The notes below the pieces were generated by a model. It was not told where the DNA came from and ran no database searches. It worked only from the letters and a program-made list of their open reading frames with translations. A program made the position numbers and the translations under genes. From contig OX597830.1 in the NCBI GenBank assembly GCA_951406725.2, positions 47,616,001 to 47,680,000 on the forward strand: a DNA stretch of 64,000 nt, in the 5' to 3' direction. The DNA is from Octopus vulgaris. Lineage: Eukaryota. Shown here in pieces: positions 53,936 to 64,000 of the stretch (position 1 is its first letter; every line of letters starts with the position of its first letter).

Positions 53936-55961
53936 CATCATCATCATAGCATGGGTTGGATGGTTTGACTGAAGACTGGCAATTTGGGAGGCTGCACCAG
54001 GCTTCAATCTGATCTGGCAAGGTTTCTACAGATGGATGCCTTTCCTAATGCAAATCACTCTGAGAGTGTCGTGAGTGCTTTTTATGCGCCACTGGTATGG
54101 GAGCCAGTCAGGAGGCACTGGCATCGACTGATATATAAATGGAAAAATGTATAAATGACATAACGTGTACTGAATGTAAAAACAAAATGGAGACAAACAG
54201 AAGGTCCGTAATCTTTCGTTAGTTATCAACCAATTGGTGATATTCAGGTTCACACCTTTAACAATAAGACTGAGTGCTTCCCAATTGGTGGTACCTGCAA
54301 AAAAAAAAAACGTTTTCTGGTGGAGAATTCGAGCCGAGAGCAAACAAAGCAAAACAACAGAGAGTATGATCTGGGATGGTGGATGAGGACAAACAGTCAA
54401 AGAAAATATGGCCCTGGGGCCAAATAAATGTGTATGTAGGAGTTTATGGGCATGTCTTTGTATTTGTCATTTCACCAATTGCTTGACACCAGTGTTGGTT
54501 TGTTTACATCCTTGTAATTTAGCAGTTTGGCAAAAGAGACTGATAAAAGAATAAGTACCAGATTCAGAATAAGTATCGGGGTGGCTCAATTGTTCCCCTA
54601 AACCCTTCAAGGGGTTCCTCCAACAAAGCCACAGTCGAATGGTGGAAACAAAAAAAAAAGGATAAAAGCTACATGTCCACACATGTGTTCCATGGAACTG
54701 TCGGCTGAGCCTCAACGGCTGATCAAGCACGAGTGAAGGTGGCATTACAAATGGGCAGCAAGATTGAGTGACTCAAGTGAAATGACTCAAACACTTACGA
54801 TCACTAACTCAGTTTGTTTGCAACTCGACACCATGCTAGGTCATCTAACTTGCTTGAAAAATCAGTCACATCTACCTCAAATCATACGCTATTGTCTTAA
54901 AAAAGGAAGGAGAAAATATAATCTTAGATGCATTATATCTAAAAATACAAGGAGATGGCCACAATCATAAGTTTCCTCAATCAGAGCTGACCCGGGGCTA
55001 AACAGCAACTTGCCTGATTTGACCCAATGAAATAGTTTCTATATAGTTGTTGTTGTTGTAGTCAACCCTTCTCGAGCAGGTCAATGATGAAATCAATTAG
55101 AACTATGTTATTCCCGATCCTTTCCCTTTTTAAAGATAGTATGGTTTAACTTGGGTGGGGGTGAATCTGGTTGCAATGTTTAGCAGTTTGAGCAACCATG
55201 TAGGGGCTCTCTTCCTTGCTTCTCTACACAGTGCCATTACCACCTGAATATAACAATTAAGAATTACTTCCATGTTGAATAATTACCTGCTACATGGTTC
55301 AATGTAATGAAATGTCACATTGGTACCAATTCGGATCTCATCCCAACAATCCTAAGGAAATAAAAGAAATCAGATGAGAAATGCAAAAATGAGGATAACT
55401 AGTTTAATTATTGCAGCAATATGTATCCTTATCATTTAAAGTCCGTTTTCTATGCTAGCATGAATTGATATATATATATAGTTGGTAATTATACCTGTCC
55501 TAAACAAAATGGCATTACTTTTTGACTCACCTTCGTAATACTCTATTTTATATAAAATTAGTTTTATATTATGTGTGTGTGTGTGTAATTAATTATAATA
55601 GGGCACATGTGGTGCCAGCATTGTTGCGTATTGTTGTTGTTGTTGTTCATTTTACTAATGATAAAAATTGATAATAATGTCTATATAAATATTTTTGAAT
55701 ATTTAATTATTTATTATATATGTGTGTGTGACAGCTGATGAAGGGGAATTTTCCTTGTGTAGTTTGTCTTGTACTCTGTTTTTTCGTTGTTAAAAAAGGT
55801 CCGTTTCCATGTTTGTTTTTACGTTTTCATTTCTCGTTGAGTTCTACGTCTATTTGTGGTGTCCTGTACTCACCTATATATATTTATATATGCATGTATA
55901 TATACATGTAGATGTCGGTACTACATATATGTATGTATGTATGCATATATTTTATTTATTA

Positions 55962-56006
<45 letters not shown>

Positions 56007-58732
56007 TAGATAGATAGATATACACACATATATATATCAGGGGTGTATATTCCAGATGTGCTAGGTGTGCACGCCCATTGAAAATGGCAAATTCATTACA
56101 AATATTAACTTTACTCATTAATTTAATGACAAATCTTAATGGAAAACTTTTGTTATATCCCTGCTTGAAATTTGGTGGCGTTGGGTGTGGCAGCACACTC
56201 AATAGAACAACCACCATCCGTCACTGATACACACACACACACAGCATAAATACAATGAAGAGTGAAAAGGACAACGGAGAAGGAAGGAAGTTTGAGAAGA
56301 AGTGCATTCGCTGAAGGCTAAGGAGGAAAATAGAAAGTGTTTTAACCTTTTGGATGTTAGTCGCTCAGCAGAACAAAGAAGAGAATAGCAGAGTGTGAAA
56401 GAGTAATAGTGAGGGAGAAGAATCAAATGCTGGTGGGGAGGCAGTTAAGAAGGGAGGGAAGGTTGGGCGTGTCAATGCAAGTCTAAGTGTAAGTGGACAT
56501 AAGGGGTGTTAGTGTGTCTGTGTTAGTGTGTATAAAAGTGTGCAAGTGGAGCAGTAGGTGGTGGTGGTGTATGTGTGTATGCATTTGATGGTTTGGTGGG
56601 TGATGTGAAGATGTGCGTGTGAGGAGATGAGAGCAGATGTAAGTGGGAAGGAACAAGGATTATCAAAGAGCAAACAGGATTGCAAGAACAGCATTGGTGA
56701 TGTGTGTACAACAAAAGTAAATAAGGAATGTGAAAATATCTTTTAACAAAAAGAGAAGATTTAAGCAAATATTTAAAAAAGAAACAACATGTATATAAAT
56801 ATCTTCAGTAATCGCTTGACTATCACGGGTGTTATCTTCCAAGACCCGCTGCGATAGGTGAAAATCCATGGAGTAGAAACAGTATCGTATGGTATATTTA
56901 TATATTATTATTATTTTTATAATTTGTATATATTTATTTTATTATAAATGCAAAACAACACCACAGAGGAATCGATGTAAACTTAAATGATAAACCGTAA
57001 TATGACCTGGGATTACTGTGTATATATAACATGGTATAATTATAAACAGGGTAAATTTTAGCCATTTCTCTGTAGACTGAAAAAAAATGATGAACAACCT
57101 TAATTGATTTTCGAACCTTATTGAGTTCTCATCAGAGGTATCTACATCATTCTGACAGTCTCCAAAGAAACAAGCAGTCAAACTGTTTATATATTCAACA
57201 AATGCAGCAGCTATTTTATGTAGGGGTCCCTAATTTGCATACCACAGGTGCTTAACACTTTATAAATACCAGTGGCCTGTCAACGGGGATCTTAGTCCAC
57301 ACAGTATCAAGGCATGATATAATAAATATGTAACATGGGGGGGGGGGGCAATTATAAACAGGGCAAATTTTAGCCACTTCTCTGCAGACTAGAAAAAAAT
57401 AAACAACACACATACTACACTAATTTTTTTCTTAAGGAAAATAATGAACAAAACAACATCAATCATATTTTAACTCAGTAATACAGGACTGCAAAAACCT
57501 TCTTAGCAAAAGTCGATATCAGTGGTTCACAACCTTTCCACTGCCAACGACCCCTTGTATTTAAATGAGTTTTCCCATGGACCCCAGGATATTGAAAGGT
57601 CTGTCAGCTTAACATGCTCAAGGACCCCTAGTACTACTTTCGCAGACCACCAGGGGTCCGTGAACCACAGGTTGGGAACCACTGGTCTATATATTAAGAC
57701 AATGACTAAAAGTAAGGCTAAGGAATTCTTCCATGGAAAGATTCTGGACTAACCTCATCAAAAGCCATACATCCTTCCACAAGAATATTCGGTCGGAAGT
57801 TATAAACTGTGACTTCTTTATTTATTCGGCTGTTGATATCATCAATTGATGCCTGAGACAGGAGGTGGTAGGGTGAACTGTCTTGGTAGACACACTGAAA
57901 GAGAAACAACAGCATCATCATCATCATCATCATTTAATGTTCACAGAATTTGTTGAGGCAGATTTTCAACAGATGAATGCTCTTCATTTCGCCAATGCAC
58001 ACACACACACACATATCATTATCATCATCGTTGTCATTTAACATCCGCTTTCCATGCTGGCATGGGTTGGATGGTTTAACTGAGGGTTGGTGAACCAAAA
58101 GGCTGCACCAGGCTCCAATCTGTTCTGGCAATGTTTCTACAGCTGGATGCCCTTCCTATGCTGAATACTCTGAGAGTGTAGTGGGTGCTTTTACATGCCA
58201 CCGGCATGAGGGCCAGTCAGGCGGTACTGGCATCGACCATGCTCAAATGGTGCTTTTTATGTGCCACCTGCACAGAAGCCAGTCAGGCAATGCTGGCAAC
58301 GAGCACGCTCAAATGGTGCTTTTTATGTGCTACCTGCACAGGAGCCAGTCAGGCAATGCTGGTAACGACCATGCTCAAATGGTGCTTTTTAAGTGCTACC
58401 TGCACAGGAGCCAGTCAGGTGATGCTAGCAACGACCACGCTCAAATGGTGCTTTTTACGTGCCACCAGCACAGTAACGAGTCAGGGGTCACTGGCAGCAA
58501 TCATGCTCAAATGATGCTTTTAACATTCCACTGACACAGGTGCCAGTCAGGTGGTACTGTCATCGACCACAACAACAATTTCACTTGCCTCAACAGGTCT
58601 GGTCTTTGCAAGTGAATATTATTTCCCAATGTTTGAAGTGGGGACAGGCATCTTTTAGTTTCCATCTACCAAATCCACTCACAAGGTTTTGGTTCATCTT
58701 GGATGAAATACTTTTGACTATGGATCAACTTG

Positions 58733-58771
<39 letters not shown>

Positions 58772-60008
58772 ACATATGATGGTCTTCTTTCAGGTTTTGT
58801 CTGCCAAATCCATTTACAAGGCTTTAGATAGCCTGAGGTTATAGTGGAATACACTTGCCCAATGTGCCACACACTGACTCTGAACCCAGAACCATGTGGT
58901 TGGGAAGCAAACCTCTTATCACACATGTGCCTGTAATGGTAATATGTAATACTGCAGACCAGTCAGCTTTGTAAAAGAAACAAAACATTTTTATGATATG
59001 ACAAAAAAAACAAAAAACAAGTGATGTGAAAATAACGAAAACCTGTGCATTTTGTATTGGTGAATACTGCTTAGGTTTGACATTTCTTTTTTCCAAATTG
59101 TCCCCAGAATATACCATACGATAGCCATCTTTCTGTAGATAGTCACATATCCATGTAGCGGCTTCATCACCACAGTCCTGGCCACTGATTTCATTACCCC
59201 ACACACTGCAATGGAAAAAAGGCAAAAAAGATTGTGAATTATGTCAATGGCAAAATACAAACGGGTCACTTCACATAGTTGTAAATGGGAGCCAGGTAGA
59301 GGCAAAGCCCACTGTTCTAAGCAGCCAAGAACCCAAGAAACATTTCAGAAGTGAGAGCTGCACTCTCAGCATTTCCAATGACCATTGGAAACCATTTTAC
59401 TCTCATTCTTCTTTGAATTATTACATGAAGATGTCAGGGTTATCTCTAATCTAACAGGTTGAGTGCTGCTGGTAGCATAGAACCCAGTACAACCAGATGC
59501 CCGGTTGGGGCATCAGCAACTAAACTGGCAGCCTCACTGGGCTAGCTTGGTGAAGAGGGCTGCTGCAGAAACTCAGCAAGACCAGAAATAAGGCCTGTCA
59601 AATGAACCCTGTCGGGGGTTCAACGACAGTCTTGCAATAGTACAGGCACTCAGAACTTCTAGGTTGGTGTCAGGCATGCTGGAGGACCATTGGGAGCAAA
59701 GCAACCCTCAGTTTTTGTTAAAGCGTGCCTCTAGGGGAAGGGCACTCTGATATAAAACTGGATAGGCAGGGAATGGCATTGGACATTTTGAGGAGCTTTT
59801 CTTTGCACATGGCGCTCCTACATTCCTGAACCTGAGACCCATATTGGTATTAAATGCCTTAGCTTGTCTTTGAGTTATATCAATAGGATGGAGAGGGTCA
59901 ACGAGGTGTTGTGCAAGCCTTATTGGAACTAAAATTTTGCACAGGTATCTTTTTTTTGTTAGTGATGCTTATATTTGTTTACAAGCTGTCAGCCATCATG
60001 CATATTTG

Positions 60009-60069
<61 letters not shown>

Positions 60070-61447
60070 GTTATGTGTATAATTGATACTATTTATATTA
60101 TAATAACTGGTTATATTTATATTATAAACATATATTTACTCTACTTTGATATGTTTCTTGTTCATTGAACTGTGAATATGCCATGGTTTGTATAACAAGT
60201 TCTATATATAATGCTCCACAGTTATGCAGATGTATGTAGAATTACAGAATACATAGAATATACTGTTTCTGGCATCATAAATCAATGTCAATTATAATAC
60301 TCTTAGAGTAAAGCATTCCAAGAACAAACAAACAAACAAACAAACAAGAAGAAGAAGAAGAAGAAGAAGAAGAAGAAGAAGAAGAAGAATTATTATTATT
60401 ATTATTATTGAAATATCAATCAATCTGCCTTGCAAGCCAAAACACATGGGAAGGAGATTTGGATCATTCAAAATATATTTTTTCACAATATCAAAAAGGG
60501 GAAGCATTAAAAAATATAAACTTGTATTATACCTGCATGAAATGATGTTTTTTTTTTGATTCTTAGATTTCTTTGGTAAGCGTAAAGGTTTCATTTCTGG
60601 TGCCTCAAGCTGTAAGCAATCTTCCTCGTCCACATTAGGCGTGATCAAAGACATTTTGGGTTCTTGCCGCTGAGACAGGAAGGCGTTGTTGGGACGTACA
60701 AACATCCACTGCCTGGAAACAAAATTATTGAGCAGAAGGGTAAAAATAAATAAATAAAAAAATAAATAAATAATCTTATATATTTTCTAAAATTGGATCT
60801 TCACCATCCAGGTAATAATAATAATAATCGTTTCTACTAAAAACACAAGAGCTGAAATTTGGCGGGGCGGGGATAGCCAATTACATTGACCTCAGTACTC
60901 AACTGGTGCTTACTTCAATGACCCCCGAAAGGATGAAAGGCAAAGTCGATCTCAGTGGAATTTGAACTCACAACGTAAAGGCAGATGAAATACCTATTTC
61001 TTTACTACCCACAGGGACTAAACAAGGACAGCCATATGGATTAAGTCAATTATATAGACTCCAGTGCGTAACTGGTACTTATTTAATCGACCCCGAAAGG
61101 ATGAAAGGCAAAGTTGATCTCGATTGAATTTGAACTCAGAACGTAGCGGCAGACAAAATACCGCTAAGCATTTCGCCCAGCGTGCTAATGTTTCTGTCAA
61201 CACACTGCCCTAATAATAATAATAATAATAATTAATTATTATTATTATAATCCTTTCTACTGGAGGCACAAGGCCTCAGATTTGAGGGGAGGGGACTAGT
61301 CGATTCCTTAAACTCCCAGTATTCAGCTGGTACTTAATTTATCGACCCTAAGAGGATGAAAGGTAAAGTCGACCTTGGCAGAATTTGAACTCAGAATGCA
61401 GTGATGGGCAAAATACTGCTAAGCATTTCGTCCAGCTCACCACCTTC

Positions 61448-61481
<34 letters not shown>

Positions 61482-63042
61482 TCTAACAATCCTTTCTACT
61501 CTGGTTACAAGGCCTAACGTTTTGTGGTGGTGTTGGTGACAAGTCTGTTACATCAACCCCAGTGCTTAACTGGTTCTTATTTTATTGACCCTTGAAAAGA
61601 AGAAAGGCAAAGTCAACCCCGGCAGAATTCCAGCTTAAAACATAAAGACAGACAAAATGCTGCATTTTGTCCAGTGTGCTAAGAATTGCTGCCGAATTGC
61701 TGCCATAATAACAATGGTTTCAAATTCCGGCCACAAGGCCAGCAGTTTTGGGGGAGGGTTTAAGTAGGTAACATCGACTCCAGTGATCAACTGGTACTTT
61801 TTTTTATCGACCTCGAATGAACGAAAAACAAAGTCAACTTCAGCAGAATTTGAACGAAATTCCACCAAGCATCATGCCTGGCAAACGATTCCGCCAGTTC
61901 GTTGCCGTAATGAAAACAATTGTTTCGGGTTTAAGCAGAAGATCAGCAAATTTGAAAGGCTGGAAGTCAAATGCCATTGCGTATTTGGCCGATATTTTGC
62001 AGAATATTCAAAACATTAATGATATCATCAAAAAGAATTATAGAATTGAGAGAATATCGGGCAGAATGCTTTACAGTGTTTATAGTTCGACTTGGTTTTG
62101 AGTTCACATCTCGCTTCGGGCTGAACTTTGTTTTTCACTCTTCTAAGTTAGATAAAATAATTATCTCTCTATAACAGGTACTTGAGATTTCGAACATTGC
62201 AATTAGCGAACAGATTTCTCTCAGGGCAGTTACTGACTCGCTGTGTTTCTGACAGCAAAAGCGACAAGGGAATGAAATTCGGTGCAGAAAAAATATCACA
62301 TGGGACTTCATTCGAAAAGTACAAAACAAGACAAATGTTGACATTATATATTAAAAAAAAAAAGAAAACACAAAGAAAAGACTAAACCAGAAGGGTATGA
62401 AGTTACGAGTAGAGTCGATACACTTGCTCTAATATTTTTTTTTTTTCACTAAGCCTGAAATTAATTCCGATCGGCAAACGTACATGTGCGTGTAATCTTT
62501 AAATTGGAGGCAATTAACGTAATAAATACACGTATTACTTATATATTAAGCATATAAATACAATTTAAGATTAAGATTTTCGGAGAAAACATTGAAATAG
62601 GGCAACTTAGATAATATTTTTCTTGTTTTCACTTCAGATAATGACTCACAGCTGTTGATTACGTAAACTGAATTTATCCTCAATAAAAGAGCGAGATCGT
62701 AAGTTGTTGTTTAGCCGAGGTTAAATATGAATATATTGCAGGGGAAAAAGTGTAAAGAGAAAGGCTTTACCTGTCACCGACGTCCTTGTAAGAAATCCCC
62801 AAACGGGTGCACCACGCCCTTTCGACGGACAACCAACGACAAGATTTCACCGGGTAACAAAATATAGCAGACACCCTTCCTACAGTAACAAAATAATTAC
62901 ATCGATTTCGATGGAACCAGACCGATATACAATGTTTGAAAAAGGAACCCGCCATCAACGATGCCATTACACGGGCAGAATGGTCTTCTGACAGACTAAT
63001 TAACAGATGCCACATTTGATCGCCTAAACTTTCTCCCATCAT
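51026..63042 (-). CDS. MTARC: Mitochondrial amidoxime-reducing component (mARC / MOSC-domain molybdoenzyme), 7 coding exons: 62771-63042, 60533-60712, 59043-59205, 57754-57894, 55287-55351, 52515-52589, 51026-51134; about 334 aa
   Basis: Exons join in frame with GT-AG introns (phases 2,2,0,0,2,2) and carry mARC motifs: GRVSAIFCYPVKSC, DRQW, SQRQEPKMSLI, GQDCGDEAATW, YQDSSPYHLLSQASIDDIN, FRPNILVEGCMAFDEDCW, PCSRC (Mo-ligand Cys), EPNTGEKDPEMEPFKTL, PNFG, GWIQVGDPVY then stop TAA. Confidence 0.95.
51291..51500 (+). mobile_element. Mariner transposase C-terminal remnant in mARC intron 6
   Basis: LASSDFNLFISLQH...EEIKK resembles DLAPSDYHLFRSLQ. Confidence 0.55.
51945..52092 (+). mobile_element. 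LINE reverse transcriptase fragment
   Basis: VGVHHGSVL...GCPRELLYADDLVLM. Confidence 0.8.
52515..52589 (-). CDS. MTARC: mARC exon 6 (CLLPSVEPNTGEKDPEMEPFKTLQ-S), contains the Mo-binding Cys
   Basis: Read by hand. Acceptor ctctcatctag, donor gtatat; 75 nt; aligns to the family RCxxTxVDPxTG..EPLxTL segment. Confidence 0.92.
52910..53135 (-). mobile_element. Meta-like SINE
   Basis: Family match. Confidence 0.85.
55287..55351 (-). CDS. MTARC: mARC exon 5 (DCWDEIRIGTNVTFHYIEPCS-R)
   Basis: Not in the ORF track; read by hand. Acceptor tttccttag, donor gtaatt; 65 nt. Confidence 0.92.
57520..57684. mobile_element. hAT (Charlie/MER5-like) MITE
   Basis: TIRs CAGTGGTTCACAACCT / AGGTTGGGAACCACTG; 8 bp TSD GTCGATAT / GTCTATAT. 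Confidence 0.85.
57754..57894 (-). CDS. MTARC: mARC exon 4 (CVYQDSSPYHLL...FRPNILVEGCMAFDE)
   Basis: Acceptor tttcag, donor gttagt; 141 nt, phase 0-0; FRPNI motif. Confidence 0.95.
58212..58570. repeat. 66 bp tandem repeat, about 5.5 copies, inside an interspersed element (58020-58570)
   Basis: Unit GCCAGTCAGG...GACCATGCTCAAATGGTGCTTTTTATGTGC...; the related copy at 53945-54127 shows only the start of one unit. Confidence 0.9.
59043..59205 (-). CDS. MTARC: mARC exon 3 (VWGNEISGQDCGDEAATW...PIQNAQ)
   Basis: Acceptor ccattgcag, weak donor CAG|GTTTTC; 163 nt, phase 2-0; GxDCGDEAAxW motif. Confidence 0.9.
60533..60712 (-). CDS. MTARC: mARC exon 2 (QWMFVRPNNAFLSQRQEPKMSLI...NIISC)
   Basis: Acceptor tttccag, donor gtataa; 180 nt, phase 2-2. 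Confidence 0.93.
60828..61900 (-). mobile_element. Head-to-tail array of about 5 Meta-like SINE units separated by (TAA)n, in mARC intron 1
   Basis: Repeated TTTCTACT...CACAAGGCC tails next to (TAA)n runs at about 60813, 61211 and 61448. Confidence 0.85.
62771..63042 (-). CDS. MTARC: mARC exon 1 (MMGESLGDQM...YPVKSCRW...KDVGD-R)
   Basis: ATG at 63042 (alternative 63039); donor AG|GTAAAG at 62770; YPVKSC motif. Confidence 0.9.
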
Positions 63043-63428
63043 GTTATTATTGCTTATTTTTTTCCTCAAAATATGTCTCCAGGCAGTTCACGTCACTAAT
63101 AATGTGACTAAAGTTGGTAATCTCCTAAAATTTGCCAGACGAAGGAAAATTCCCACGTGAAATGTTTGAATGACATCCAGCCATCGTCAAGTGTTGACCG
63201 TTTATCAAATCACACGGTCGGGGAAATGTAACACTGACAAAACCAAGGGCAGTTACTCTAATCTTACAGCCAATTCGTTTTTTTTCTTTTCCTATTAACT
63301 CCCTTGCTTTAAAATGACCTTGCTGTGGGAAAGAACCTCCGAATGTTTGCAAAACAGAATGGAAATATATATATATATATATCTATCTCACCACACACAC
63401 ACTCACATACATTTACGTGTAGTGCTTG

Positions 63429-63464
<36 letters not shown>

Positions 63465-63671
63465 GGCGCACGCACACACAAGCACATCTATATACGCGCG
63501 TGTGTGTGTGTGTGACCTCGTTACAAAACTAACGAATCATGTTATGTCAGAGATGACATATCGCATTATCACAACTCAAATAACTGAACGACAAATGAAA
63601 TATGACACCAGAGCTGTGGCACTGAGGACAGCTGCACTATTACGCGCGCACCTGCGCCCATACACACACGC

Positions 63672-63738
<67 letters not shown>

Positions 63739-64000
63739 TGCGTGTACGTGTGTGTGTATATATGTATCTATATATGTGTATATTGGCCTGCTCGCTTAGC
63801 CAGCGGGGTGGCGTTATTTGAAGGCTAAAGCAATGCGAAGCGCATTGTGACCAGCGATGTGTAGCAACATCTGATAGCCTAGTCGGTCACGTGATATATG
63901 TATATATCTATATATATAATATATAGTCACACACACACACACACACACACATATATACGTATATATGTATGCATGTGGAGGCACGTGGCTTAGTGGTTAG

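Noticed and set aside
54229-54294. Extra mARC exon after a strong ttttttgcag acceptor
   Set aside because: Exons 5 and 6 already join to form the CSRC motif; the phase-matching frame here stops early and has no MOSC similarity.
55733-55760. CTGATGAAGGGGAATTTTCCTT hammerhead half-motif
   Set aside because: No GAAA, stem III or stem I partner follows.
58212-58570. CRISPR-like regular repeats
   Set aside because: Contiguous tandem units with no unique spacers, no cas genes, eukaryotic context.

Overview
Eukaryotic, AT-rich, microsatellite-saturated DNA whose SINE families, repeat style and gene structure point to an octopus (coleoid cephalopod) genome; the species assignment is inferred, not tested. 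One gene is firmly supported: a complete 7-exon minus-strand mitochondrial amidoxime-reducing component (mARC/MOSC) gene, CDS 63042->51026, about 334 aa. A second minus-strand spliced unit of unknown function is suggested by strong splice sites between about 27.1 kb and 7.4 kb, including a clean 109-codon exon at 7552-7878. The rest is transposon debris: tRNA-headed SINEs, two decayed mariners, hAT and Tc1 MITEs, non-autonomous Helitrons and a PIF1 fragment, and RLE-type, RTE and Penelope fragments. Most notable: (1) at least seven minimal hammerhead-ribozyme-like motifs of the Penelope type, two of them in a tRNA-headed element and its inverted partial copy (a ~550 bp foldback); (2) a ~310 bp GC-rich insert inside a mariner transposase whose antisense frame looks like a membrane/GPI-anchor C-terminus; (3) an RLE LINE sitting in (TACA)n arrays; (4) an orphan TATA/Inr/CCAAT/E-box promoter with a splice donor. 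Most long ORFs in the track are microsatellite artefacts. All alignments were done by eye and repeat boundaries are approximate.
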